Assembly (NCBI GenBank): GCA_040767195.1 | Contig: JAXGPA010000001.1 | Span: 288,001 to 352,000 of the forward strand | Length of the DNA: 64,000 nt | From: Syntrophales bacterium | GTDB taxonomy: Bacteria > Desulfobacterota > Syntrophia > Syntrophales > UBA6807 | Direction: 5' to 3' | Shown: one piece after another, positions 48,204 to 57,606 of the stretch | How the letters are laid out: every line of letters starts with the position of its first letter | Numbering within the stretch: position 1 is the first letter of the stretch | Translations under genes and position numbers: made by a program | Notes under the pieces: generated by a model | What the model saw: only the letters and a program-made list of their open reading frames with translations | What the model was told of the DNA's origin: nothing | Databases searched by the model: none

Positions 48204-48313
48204 ATCGAGAATCGAATCTCCTCCGATTCTGGCTTAAACCTCTCAAAGGCCCCTTTTTCGGAAGGGGCCAAAACCCTCTCCCGGGGGAAGCGCATGCTTC
48301 CCCCGCCCTTTTT
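48204..48313 (+). ncRNA. Candidate sigma54-dependent small RNA with three hairpins
   Basis: Hairpins at 48208-48230, 48248-48269 and 48282-48305, then CCCTTTTT. No credible + strand CDS follows. Confidence 0.55.
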
Positions 48314-48491
48314 ATACCTCCTCTTATCAATCCAGGTATAGAACCATCAGGAGCGTAAAGACTCCCCGGGTTCATCCGCCCTTCTTTGAAGCCATGAGAA
48401 GTTTGTTACGACATGGCCCTGCCTGACCCAGGCAGGGAGGATACTGAAAAGAATGTCAAGGAGAAAATGGGTCGGCCTGAAGACAGGCCTT

Positions 48492-49205
48492 TCAATGCGT
48501 TTTGAGGAAGCCCCTGCGGCCGGCACCCCCCCGGACGACCCGGGATATCTCGGAACCCAGGGCATCGAAGGTTTTCCTGTCGAAAAGACAGAACTTCGAC
48601 CGAATGAGCGCCTTTTCCTCTTCCGGCGTGTTTTGAAGTCTAAAATAGAATTCGTGGCTGTCGACAAAATTCATGCAACCGAAAAAGCCGATCGCGTCAC
48701 CGATCTTCCTCAACCTGCTCTGAACGGACTCGAGGTACCTGTCGGACATCCGTTCGGACTGGACAAGGTTTTCCAGAAAGAGGGGCAGGAGGGGTTTTCC
48801 CTTCGTCTCCAGGGTCGTTTCCTCTTTCAGCCACCGGATGACGCCCCCCCGGTTTTCCGCCGTGCCTCCGAACTGCTCCGTGAGATTCCCGTGCCGTTCC
48901 TTCACCATGACACCGCCCCCGTTTCGGATATGGACAAGGATGCGCCGGGGATTCACGAGGAGATCCCCGGCCGCGGAAAATTCGAAATTGTCAGCATAAT
49001 TTCCCGCGCAGTAAAGGGCCAGCTCATTGAGCCGTGCATAGGTCAGCCAGTAAAGGGCCGGATTATCCTGTGGGAAACGCTCCAGTTCCTTCCGTCTTTG
49101 GTCCAGAAAGCCTTCGTTCAGCCTGACCAGGGAGGCGGTTTTCTCAAGAAAACCGTTATACCGAATCCAGGACCCCGTGTGCCGGTCCAACCGTCCCGCC
49201 GCCAT
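48492..49205 (-). CDS. Hypothetical protein
   Basis: Long ORF with protein-like composition filling the gap; no recognised motif. Start may be 49205 or 49325. Confidence 0.65.
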   Translation of the reverse strand: MAAGRLDRHTGSWIRYNGFLEKTASLVRLNEGFLDQRRKELERFPQDNPALYWLTYARLNELALYCAGNYADNFEFSAAGDLLVNPRRILVHIRNGGGVMVKERHGNLTEQFGGTAENRGGVIRWLKEETTLETKGKPLLPLFLENLVQSERMSDRYLESVQSRLRKIGDAIGFFGCMNFVDSHEFYFRLQNTPEEEKALIRSKFCLFDRKTFDALGSEISRVVRGGAGRRGFLKTH

Positions 49206-49684
49206 AACCGATGACACTCGATGACACCTCCTGGAAATCCTTTTATGGTCTCTGTAATCACAGGCCAGGCCGCTGCACGGATGAACGCCTTCCGATCGTA
49301 CGGCCGGTGGAATCGCCGTTTTCATACGCTATCCGGGACCCGTTGTCAAACGAAACGAACCCGGACCCGTTCGAGGTTTTTAATTAAAGATACTCGTTAT
49401 TTCTTTAGCCAGGCTATAAATGTGCTTATTTATACATATTGACATACCCACAACAATTGAATATTTTTTAATTAATTGCTTCTGACGCCGGAAATTCCGC
49501 CTCCACCTCGCCATCAATTTCAGTTTGTTGTTTTCACCAATGCCATCCTCCTCCTACACCGCTTCTTCGACCGCCCTCTCCAAACAGTCCGGGAAAAGGG
49601 CATGAGGGAAACAGAGCCGTCGCTGTGCCGTTCATTGAGGGACTCCGTACGAGAAGGGTCTTGTTTCACGGAAAGGAGGTCAAC

Positions 49685-51421
49685 ATGGACAGGATATTGA
49701 GAATCAACATGGGAGCGAAGGGCGGTCCCGCGGTAAGGGAAGAGGCGCCCGGATCCTATGAAGGCCTCGGGGGCAGGGCCCTCACGTCGGCCATCGTCTC
49801 TGCCGAGGTTCCTCCCCTGTGTCATCCCCTGGGCGGGGACAACAAGCTGGTCATCGCGCCGGGGCTTTTGAGCGGCACCATCGCCGCCATGTCGGGGAGA
49901 CTCTCCGTGGGATGCAAGAGCCCCCTCACCGGCGGGATCAAGGAAGCCAACGCGGGAGGACAAGCCGCCCAGGTCATGGGGCGCCTGGGTTACCGGGCCA
50001 TCGTCCTGGAAGGAAAGCCGGAAGAGGATGTCCCTTACGAAATCTACATCAACAAGGATGGCGTGAGGATCGAAAAGGACGAAAGCCTGAGAATGCTCGG
50101 CAACTATGAACTCGTCGACAGGATGAAGGAAAGGCACGGCGACCGCATCGCCTGCATCTCCATCGGGCCGGCGGGCGAGATGAAAATGGCCGCCGCCTCG
50201 GTAGCCTGCACCGACATGGAACTCCGGCCCACCCGGCATGCCGGCCGGGGCGGCGTCGGGGCCGTCATGGGGGCCAAGGGGGTCAAGGTCATCGTCCTCG
50301 ACGACACGGGGATGGGCATGCGTGAGCCGAAAGACCCGGAAAAATTCAAGGAGGCCAACAGGCGCTGGGTGGCGGGCCTCAGGCAGCACGCCGTCACCGG
50401 CGAGGCCCTCCCGGCCTACGGGACGAATGTCCTCGCCAACGTCATCAACGAGGCGGGAGCTTATCCCACGAAGAACTTCATGTGGGGCCGATTCGACGGC
50501 TGTCAAGCCATCAGCGGGGAAACCCAGGCGGCCCTCGAAGAATCCCGGGGAGGCCTGCCCACTCATGGATGCCACCGGGGCTGCGTCATCCGGTGCTCCG
50601 GTGTTTACATGGACAAGGACGGCCATTATCTGACCAAGCAGCCCGAGTACGAGACGGTGTGGGCTCACGGGGCGAACTGCGGCATCGACGATCTCGACGC
50701 CATCGCCATGCTGGACCGGCTCGATGACGATTACGGCCTCGATACCATCGAGATGGGCGCCACCGTCGCCGTGGCCATGGAGGCCGGCATTGCCGAATTC
50801 GGAGATGCCGAGGGCGCCATCCGGCTTATCCACGAAGTCGGCAAAGGCACCCCCCTGGGCCGGATCCTCGGAAACGGGGCCGCCGTGACGGGAAAGGCCT
50901 TCGGCGTGGAGAGGGTTCCCGTCGTCAAGGGGCAGGCCATGCCGGCTTACGACCCCCGGGGTATCCAGGGCATCGGCGTGACCTACGCCACGAGCACCAT
51001 GGGGGCGGACCACACGGCGGGATACGCCGTGACGGCAAACATCCTGAAGGTGGGCGGGTATGTGGATCCCCTCAAGCCGGCGGGACAGATCGAACTGTCC
51101 CGGAATCTCCAGGTCGCGACGGCCGCCGTGGACTCGACGGGCATGTGCCTCTTTGTCGCTTTTGCGGTCCTGGACCAGCCGGAAACCTTTCAGGCCATGC
51201 TGGACCTTCTCAATGCCTTTTACGGCCTTTCCCTCACGGCGGACGACTTTTTCGCCATAGGGAGAAAGGTCCTCGCATCGGAAAGGGATTTCAACGCCCG
51301 CGCCGGATTCACGAAAGAACACGACCGGCTGCCCGAATACTTCAAGAAGGAGCTTCTGCCGCCCCACAACATCACATTCCAGGTGAAGGACGAAGAACTG
51401 GACCAGCTCTTCAACTGGTAG
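49685..51421 (+). CDS. aor: Tungsten-type aldehyde:ferredoxin oxidoreductase (AOR family)
   Basis: KSPLTGGIKE.NAGG, IGPAGE, HAGRGG.GAVMG.KG.K, GCHRGCVIRC, PEYET, DDYGLDTIE, YDPR, GADHT; AAGGAGG RBS. Confidence 0.92.
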   Translation: MDRILRINMGAKGGPAVREEAPGSYEGLGGRALTSAIVSAEVPPLCHPLGGDNKLVIAPGLLSGTIAAMSGRLSVGCKSPLTGGIKEANAGGQAAQVMGRLGYRAIVLEGKPEEDVPYEIYINKDGVRIEKDESLRMLGNYELVDRMKERHGDRIACISIGPAGEMKMAAASVACTDMELRPTRHAGRGGVGAVMGAKGVKVIVLDDTGMGMREPKDPEKFKEANRRWVAGLRQHAVTGEALPAYGTNVLANVINEAGAYPTKNFMWGRFDGCQAISGETQAALEESRGGLPTHGCHRGCVIRCSGVYMDKDGHYLTKQPEYETVWAHGANCGIDDLDAIAMLDRLDDDYGLDTIEMGATVAVAMEAGIAEFGDAEGAIRLIHEVGKGTPLGRILGNGAAVTGKAFGVERVPVVKGQAMPAYDPRGIQGIGVTYATSTMGADHTAGYAVTANILKVGGYVDPLKPAGQIELSRNLQVATAAVDSTGMCLFVAFAVLDQPETFQAMLDLLNAFYGLSLTADDFFAIGRKVLASERDFNARAGFTKEHDRLPEYFKKELLPPHNITFQVKDEELDQLFNW

Positions 51422-51450
51422 GGGGCAGACGGGTCCCGGAATGACTGACA

Positions 51451-51486
51451 GGAGGGAGGAACGGCGAAATCCTCCCTCCGTCTTTT
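51451..51486 (+). terminator. Probable intrinsic terminator after aor
   Basis: GGAGGGAGGA / TCCTCCCTCC stem followed by GTCTTTT. Confidence 0.6.
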
Positions 51487-51531
51487 GACCGACGTTACCC
51501 TTCCCGTTACCCGGCAAAAAGAGACAAACCG

Positions 51532-52152
51532 ATGAAAGACGATGTGCGCCCCGGACAAGATTCGGTCAGGCTGATTCTCCCCGGAAAGTATATGACCCCC
51601 TTTCTTCCTCTTCTGCAGAAGGGGGTCGCCGTAAAGACCCGGGTGGGTGTGACCGTGGCGGACTTTCTTTGCGGGCACTTCGGGTTGTCCCCTGAATACG
51701 TCCGGAAAAGGATTCAGACGATCTTTCTGGACGGGGAACCGGTGGACGACGAAGACAGCGCCCGGATCCGGGATGGTGCCGTTCTCGCCCTTTCATCGGC
51801 CATGCCCGGGCTCCTCGGCGCCACGTTGCGGAAAGGGAGCCCCTTTCAAGCCATGCGCCGGGAAATTTCCCACCGGGAGAACCGTCCCGGGGGAGTGGAG
51901 GAAAACAGACAGGGAACGGTGACCGTCAAGCTCTTCAACTTCATGATCCCGGAAATGGCCGGAATCGTTCTCCGGCGGGGGGTCACACTGGAAAGAAGGG
52001 CATTCGGCAAGATCCTTGGAAAGATCCTCGAAGAAGCCGGGAATCATCCCGTGTCCGCCGAAAAAAATCATGAGAAAATCGGCCTGCGGGACTTGAGGGA
52101 CAGGATGGAGAAAACCCCGGGAACCGTCTTCCTCCAGATCGAAAAACGATAG
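51532..52152 (+). CDS. Hypothetical protein with ubiquitin/ThiS-like segment
   Basis: RIQTIFLDG.PVDD...A.I.DG..LALSSAMPGL.GA; adjacent to aor and moaD-like genes. Confidence 0.7.
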   Translation: MKDDVRPGQDSVRLILPGKYMTPFLPLLQKGVAVKTRVGVTVADFLCGHFGLSPEYVRKRIQTIFLDGEPVDDEDSARIRDGAVLALSSAMPGLLGATLRKGSPFQAMRREISHRENRPGGVEENRQGTVTVKLFNFMIPEMAGIVLRRGVTLERRAFGKILGKILEEAGNHPVSAEKNHEKIGLRDLRDRMEKTPGTVFLQIEKR

Positions 52153-52164
52153 ATCCGGTTTTGT

Positions 52165-52407
52165 CTATCCCCCGGCGACGGGAGGGAACACGCCGACCCG
52201 GTCCCCTTCCTTCGGGACCTCATCAACGGTCCCGTGAACACCGTTCAGAAAAACCATCTTGACCGAATCGAGGGGTACGCCCAGGCTTTTCAGGATTTCC
52301 CGGATGGTCACCCCCGGCTCCACCTCCAGAAACCTCGGCCCCCGGCCCTCGCCGGCCGGTGCATAGGGAGCCAGGGAAGCATAAAGATTGATTTCAATCC
52401 GCATCAT
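52165..52407 (-). CDS. MoaD/ThiS sulfur carrier protein
   Basis: LYASL, FLNG, EGDRV.VFPPVAGG C-terminal diglycine. Confidence 0.9.
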   Translation of the reverse strand: MMRIEINLYASLAPYAPAGEGRGPRFLEVEPGVTIREILKSLGVPLDSVKMVFLNGVHGTVDEVPKEGDRVGVFPPVAGG

Positions 52408-52522
52408 TTTCCTTCAATTCCGAAATAACCTTTTGTATTATACAGTCTGCCCCCTCGTTTGAACAGTCCCGGTCATAAGGAAACCCAAGGAGGGCGGAAG
52501 GCGGCATGGAAGGACAGCGCCC

Positions 52523-53389
52523 ATGGAAAAGGCCATCTTCTCCCTGTCTTTTAAGACCACCGATCAGGCGGGACGAAGTGTCCGGTGCCTGAAGGAAGAG
52601 CAGGCCCTGGAAATCGCCCGCCGTCACCACTGCACCCTCCGCGGCGTCTATCGTAAGGCCCTTAAAAACAATATTATCCCGTACCGTTACATCCGAAACC
52701 GAACCACTCTGTCCATAAAGGAGCAGCTCAAGCTCCTCGAATCGGACGTCGCCGTCGTCGGGGCAGGCGGTCTCGGCGGACTTGTCGTGGAGATTCTCGC
52801 CCGAACGGGCATCGGCGGGCTTATCCTCATCGACGACGACATCCTCGAGGAAACGAACCTGAACCGCCAGGTCCTCTCCTCGAAAGACACCCTGGGCCTG
52901 TCGAAGGCGCAGACGGGCGCTTCCAGGGTCAGGACCGTCAACCCCGCCGTGGACACGGTGCTGCATCGGAAAAAAATCAATGAGGACAACGGAAAGGAAC
53001 TTCTCGCCGGTACCGCCGTGATCGTCGACGCTCTCGACACCATCGGCGACCGCCTGGCCCTGGAAAAAACGGCCCGGGCCCTGAACATCCCCCTGGTCCA
53101 CGGCGCCGTGGCGGGCTTCGAGGGCCACGTCATGACCGTTTTTCCGGAAGATCAGGGGCTCGCCCTCCTGTACGGCGTAACGTCTCTTCCCGAGTCGGAG
53201 AAACAGAACGCCGAGGCCGTTCTCGGCGTGCCCGCCGCGACCCCCTTTGTCATCGCCGCCCTTCAAGCCATGGAAGTTGTAAAAATCATCCTCCAGCGAG
53301 GCGACCTTTTCCGGAACAGGATGCTGCACGCCGACCTGGAGACCGGCCGCTTCAGCGAATTCTCTTTTCCCGAAAGGACACGGAAATGA
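52523..53389 (+). CDS. ThiF/MoeB/HesA family adenylyltransferase
   Basis: RY.RN, VVGAGGLG, DDD..EETNLNRQ, DALD. Confidence 0.9.
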   Translation: MEKAIFSLSFKTTDQAGRSVRCLKEEQALEIARRHHCTLRGVYRKALKNNIIPYRYIRNRTTLSIKEQLKLLESDVAVVGAGGLGGLVVEILARTGIGGLILIDDDILEETNLNRQVLSSKDTLGLSKAQTGASRVRTVNPAVDTVLHRKKINEDNGKELLAGTAVIVDALDTIGDRLALEKTARALNIPLVHGAVAGFEGHVMTVFPEDQGLALLYGVTSLPESEKQNAEAVLGVPAATPFVIAALQAMEVVKIILQRGDLFRNRMLHADLETGRFSEFSFPERTRK

Positions 53390-53455
53390 CCGGCTCAAAA
53401 AAATCTGATAATCGTGCTGACGTTCTTCCTCACCAGTGTTCCTGTCATTCTTCTT

Positions 53456-53890
53456 TCAGTCCGCCTGTCCTTTCCCCACGATGAACTTGCCTTTGAAGTA
53501 CTTTTTCCTGATGTTGCCAGCCTCTTCCTCGATCCAGCGGTCAAGGCCGACCTTCCTGATCCTGCAAAGGTTGTAGACTTTCATGTTGTGGGGATACCGG
53601 GCCGCCTGGTCTGCCGTCGGAGCCAGGAAAAGGCAGGGAAAGTCGGCACAGGCGAAACAATAATCCACACCCTTTTCCTTGACGCAGTCCAGGGTCGCGC
53701 ATCCCGCCTGAGGCAGATGAAAATGCTTCCCGTCCTGCTGAAGGCATCCACCACAGGCGATCTCTTCCTTCGGGACACCCATCTTGACGTGAATCGCCTG
53801 GACCAGTTCGGGCGTGAGGTTGTCCTGAAAAAGCTCACAGTTGAAACAGTCCAATCCGCACGGGGCCGTCAGGGCTTTCTTGTCCATCAC
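53456..53890 (-). CDS. DUF3795 family Cys-rich protein
   Basis: APCGLDCFNC, CGGC, C...DC..EKG...CFAC.DFPC. Confidence 0.85.
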   Translation of the reverse strand: MMDKKALTAPCGLDCFNCELFQDNLTPELVQAIHVKMGVPKEEIACGGCLQQDGKHFHLPQAGCATLDCVKEKGVDYCFACADFPCLFLAPTADQAARYPHNMKVYNLCRIRKVGLDRWIEEEAGNIRKKYFKGKFIVGKGQAD

Positions 53891-54011
53891 AAATCCTCCT
53901 TCATAATCGTTTTAAAAGGGACATGCCGTTTTTCATGCGATGTTACCCTGTACAATCACGCATTAACTCTTATACCAGTTAGTTGTGTACGAGATACAAC
54001 CGCAAAAATTT

Positions 54012-54428
54012 TTATCCCGACTCCCTGACCTTGCTCAAGAGACTTCGCAAAGCGACTTCCTCGCTTACATTAAAGTCTTTTAAAAACGCCCTGTTCGCTT
54101 CTTCCATCAGCTCAGCGACTTTTTCTCCTGCTTCGCGGCCTTTCTCCGTCAGGTGTATCCGGATGGACCGCCGGTCATCGGGATTCTGCCTTCGTTGAAC
54201 AAACCCTGCTCCTTCAAGTCGGTCAATGACGCCGGTCAGCGTTGCGCTGTCGAGGTCCGTTTTCTTGCCCAGTTCGCTCGACGTCTGGCGATCATTGTCA
54301 TGGAGAAAGCGAATGACAACCCCCTGTACGGCGGTCAAGCCCAGCAAGGACACCCTTTTGAGCCAGAAACGGGTCCCCGCCTGGCTGGCCTTGGCAAGTT
54401 GAAAAAAAATGCATTCCTCGGCCTTCAT
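54012..54428 (-). CDS. MarR family transcriptional regulator
   Basis: LTGVIDRLE..GFV.R..NPDDRRS..I.LTEKG. Confidence 0.93.
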   Translation of the reverse strand: MKAEECIFFQLAKASQAGTRFWLKRVSLLGLTAVQGVVIRFLHDNDRQTSSELGKKTDLDSATLTGVIDRLEGAGFVQRRQNPDDRRSIRIHLTEKGREAGEKVAELMEEANRAFLKDFNVSEEVALRSLLSKVRESG

Positions 54429-54458
54429 GGATGCCTCTCTGTTTTACTTCTAAACATA

Positions 54459-54500
54459 ATACTTGCGTACAAGCATATTGGCCTCGCAGGAATCTGTCAA
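54459..54500 (-). promoter_or_regulatory. marR promoter with overlapping palindromic operator
   Basis: Minus-strand TTGACA-17 bp-TATGCT; imperfect palindrome ATACTTGCGTACAAGCAT overlaps the -10 box. Confidence 0.6.
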
Positions 54501-55005
54501 TATTATTTTTTTCCAATGAAAAACAGGCTTATGTTTCCTTTCCCGTTCTTTCTTATCTGGTCCATTAATTCACGTGAAGAAATGGAAGCAACTTGGTCTC
54601 GTGGGGTCACTCATATCCTCGGGTTACGGTGTTTTTGCAACATTCCTCGACAACGATCAAGGAAGACGCTTTTTGCCTGATGATGCCTTGAGAGCGTCCG
54701 GTAATAAAATGTCTTCCCTTTCGGGAAACCATGTAAAATCAAGCCCCTTTTTTATCGTCCCGTTTTCTCACGGAACTTGGTAGATTTGTTCTTGACTTTC
54801 TTCAAGAGTCAAGAGCATGAAATGACAAATAATGATTTTGTCGATGCGTTGACGGTGGATCGAACCTCTGACGAGGGGTGATGCCATGAAGACTTCACGG
54901 AAACCCGTTTATCAGAAGAGAGCTTTGTTTTTTTAGATTGAATTCGGTGTAACGTTCGAGGTCCTCGACGGGGCTCGAAAAAAAACTAATTGCAGGAGTA
55001 TCGCC

Positions 55006-55470
55006 ATGAAAAGGCTGTTTTGGGTGCTCGTCGGTATGGCGCTCATGGGTCTCATGGCATGGTTCGCCATGCCATCATTGATGCTTGTCACATACAGGAG
55101 CAACCGGAGCTACGACGACACGGTCGCTGTCTTGAGCGAAGCCCTGAAGAATAGGCAGGACTGGCGGGTGCTGACCATAAACGATTATCAGAAGAGTACG
55201 GCGTCCTTCGGCTCCCTGGAGCGCGTCGGCAGCTTGAGCATCTGCAATCCACGCTACGCTTCCAAGATTCTTTCCGACGATACAAACCGCTCCGTTTCAG
55301 CCTTCATGCCATTGGCCATCGGGGTCTATGAAGACAGAAGCGGCCAGGTGTTTGTCTCTCGACTCAATTTTGAGCTCATGGGCATGATGTTCGGTGGTAC
55401 GATCGCCGATGTGATGGGGATGGCCGGCACAGACCTGAAGGCTGTCATCGAATCGGTTCCCGCCAAGTGA
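55006..55470 (+). CDS. DUF302 family protein with N-terminal membrane anchor
   Basis: ICNP.YA.KIL, SAFMP..I.VYE...G.V.VS. Confidence 0.8.
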   Translation: MKRLFWVLVGMALMGLMAWFAMPSLMLVTYRSNRSYDDTVAVLSEALKNRQDWRVLTINDYQKSTASFGSLERVGSLSICNPRYASKILSDDTNRSVSAFMPLAIGVYEDRSGQVFVSRLNFELMGMMFGGTIADVMGMAGTDLKAVIESVPAK

Positions 55471-55554
55471 ATGGTTTTTTCTCCGAAAAGGGCCACAGGA
55501 CGAGATCTGCTTTTTCACAATGAATTATCGGTTCCGCGGAGAATCGTAAAGCGT

Positions 55555-55583
55555 AAAAAAAACGGCCTCCCATGCGGGAGGCC
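55555..55583 (-). terminator. Intrinsic terminator of the tRNA gene
   Basis: GGCCTCCC-N4-GGGAGGCC followed by a T8 run on the minus strand. Confidence 0.8.
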
Positions 55584-55590
55584 CTGTGAA

Positions 55591-55667
55591 TGGTGGGCCG
55601 TACCGGATTCGAACCGGTGGCCAACGGATTAAAAGTCCGCTGCTCTACCGAGCTGAGCTAACGGCCC
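55591..55667 (-). tRNA. tRNA-Lys (anticodon UUU)
   Basis: GGGCCGTTAGCTCAGCTCGGTAGAGCAGCGGACTTTTAATCCGTTGGCCACCGGTTCGAATCCGGTACGGCCCACCA folds into a cloverleaf with encoded CCA. Confidence 0.97.
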
Positions 55668-55811
55668 TGAGTCTGTCGATAAGTGCCCGTTTTTAACAGG
55701 AAGCATTTCCCGTTGTCAAGGAGAAAACACGCGTGGACAGGAATTTCTCTATTTGTTAAAATGGATTAAGTTTTCGCAGCCCCCTTGTGAAAAGGTGTTG
55801 AAAGGGATTTC

Positions 55812-56738
55812 ATGACAGACAGGATGAAGAAGAGCATCCGGAATTTCCTTCTTCGCGAAGGAGCCGGGATGGTGGGGTTCGCTTCCCCGGACACCTGGGA
55901 CGCCCGGGGTGATGTGGCCGTGGAAAACCGGCCCCGGTCCCTGTGGCCACCCGTCCGAACAGTTATCACCTTCGGCGTCCAGATGCCCCTTCCAATTGTG
56001 GAAACCACCCCGTCGGTTCAGCACCGGGACCTGTACAACACCTGCAACCGCATTCTCGATGACCTGGCCTTCCGTCTCGTGCTCTCGTTGAGCCGCCAGG
56101 GACATGCCGCCATCCCTTTCAGCAGGGACGGCTACGCCCGGGTGGATGTCCTGCTGAAAAAACCCGGGGCCGCCTTTGCCCACACGTATGCCGCCCAATA
56201 CGGCGGCCTGGGACATGCGGGCCTCAACAACACGATTCTCACGAAAGAATTCGGCCCAAGGGTCCGTTTCACCTCTGTCTTTACGAGCCTTGAAATCACC
56301 GCCGATGACCCCTTTGTTGAAAACCTCTGCATCCGCTGCGGCGCCTGCGTGGATCTCTGCCCCGTTCAGGCCCTTACCTTGAGCCGAAAAGACATGAGGG
56401 ACAAGAGCGTGACGCTCGCCCGCTACAACGGAAGGCGGTGCGCCCTCTGGGCCAAAGCCCTGACGGCGGAAGGCTGCTATCCCTGCGGAATATGCATCAA
56501 GGTGTGCCCCGTCGGACGAGACCGGGTTCTCTACGGTCGGGAAAAAACGGCGGCCCACTATCGGAAGGAACTTTCCGCCCTGGCTGCCGGGACGGACGAT
56601 CCCCTGTACCGTGCCTGGACGGTCATCCGCCGTTACGGAAGCACCGTCACCGACGGCGGTGACACCCCTGAAGAAGGACTGAAGATTTTTTTTGAGAAGA
56701 CATCGAAAAACATAAAGGAAGACGAACATGAACAATAA
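55812..56738 (+). CDS. QueG (epoxyqueuosine reductase)-like 4Fe-4S protein
   Basis: GA.MVGFA, H.YAA..GGLG..GLN, TKEFGPRVRF, CIRCGACVDLCP, CGICIKVCP. Confidence 0.8.
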   Translation: MTDRMKKSIRNFLLREGAGMVGFASPDTWDARGDVAVENRPRSLWPPVRTVITFGVQMPLPIVETTPSVQHRDLYNTCNRILDDLAFRLVLSLSRQGHAAIPFSRDGYARVDVLLKKPGAAFAHTYAAQYGGLGHAGLNNTILTKEFGPRVRFTSVFTSLEITADDPFVENLCIRCGACVDLCPVQALTLSRKDMRDKSVTLARYNGRRCALWAKALTAEGCYPCGICIKVCPVGRDRVLYGREKTAAHYRKELSALAAGTDDPLYRAWTVIRRYGSTVTDGGDTPEEGLKIFFEKTSKNIKEDEHEQ

Positions 56739-57387
56739 AAAGGATATGCCGGGAGCCCTGGCGAACTTCTGCGAACGCCTGCGGGAAAAACTGAAACAAG
56801 GAGACGGGGACGCCCTTTCCATGATTGAAAAGACCCGCCTCTTGTTTCCTGAACTGTCCCTGAATCGCAGCCTGTTTCAGAACGTGCTCCACGCTGTCGC
56901 CCGCGGTGAAGCCTTCCCCGACATCAGCTATCCCACCATGTTCGACAGCGAGATCATTCTCTTCAATGACCCGGAACGATACTTCACCATGAGGCTTTTT
57001 ATCTGGGGACCCGGGCAGTATGACCCTGTTCACGATCACAACGCCTGGGGCGTTATCGGGCCCGTCTCGGGGCATCTGGAGGTTATCAATTATGACAGGG
57101 CCGATGACGGCAGGACGGAAGGCCGGGCCGTCCTCAGGGAGCGGGACCGCATGACCATCGCACCGGGCGAGGATTATTACGTTCTTCCCCTGAACGCGGG
57201 CATCCACAGAACCGGTAACCCGTCGGAGGAGACCATCGTTCAGGTAAGTATTTACGGAAGGCCCTCGGTCAAGCGGGATTTCATTAACGGTTTCGATCCT
57301 GAAAACGACCGGGTCTATCCCATCTACGGCCCGAAGATGAAAAAGCGGAAACTCGCCGTGGAAGCGCTGGAACATTTCAGCCGGTAA
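56728..57387 (+). CDS. Cysteine dioxygenase-like cupin
   Basis: W.PGQ..PVHDH.AWG, GIHR..N, S.YG. Confidence 0.78.
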   Translation: MNNKKDMPGALANFCERLREKLKQGDGDALSMIEKTRLLFPELSLNRSLFQNVLHAVARGEAFPDISYPTMFDSEIILFNDPERYFTMRLFIWGPGQYDPVHDHNAWGVIGPVSGHLEVINYDRADDGRTEGRAVLRERDRMTIAPGEDYYVLPLNAGIHRTGNPSEETIVQVSIYGRPSVKRDFINGFDPENDRVYPIYGPKMKKRKLAVEALEHFSR

Positions 57388-57459
57388 AGCAGCCGTTTGC
57401 GGTATTTTCCCGCGGATGCCGCACGAAGGGATTTTTTCCCCCTCCCCGTTCCACGCGCC

Positions 57460-57488
57460 TTGACAATCTCTCTTTTTTTATATATAGA
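57460..57488 (+). promoter_or_regulatory. Putative sigma70 promoter of the polyamine fusion gene
   Basis: TTGACA-17 bp-TATAGA. Confidence 0.55.
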
Positions 57489-57606
57489 AGGCTCACCTTT
57501 CACAGGGAATACCCTGAATAGAGTGCCCCTCTTTTAACCTCCGGTCTTCCGGAATGGTGAAGGAATCCTTTTTCCTTCATGAAATCTGTGAGGGAGGGAT
57601 CTTGCC

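Noticed and set aside
53400..55667. Integrative element at tRNA-Lys
   Set aside because: The adjacent DNA is AT-richer, but I found no integrase and no duplicated tRNA 3' end, and the tRNA terminator is intact.
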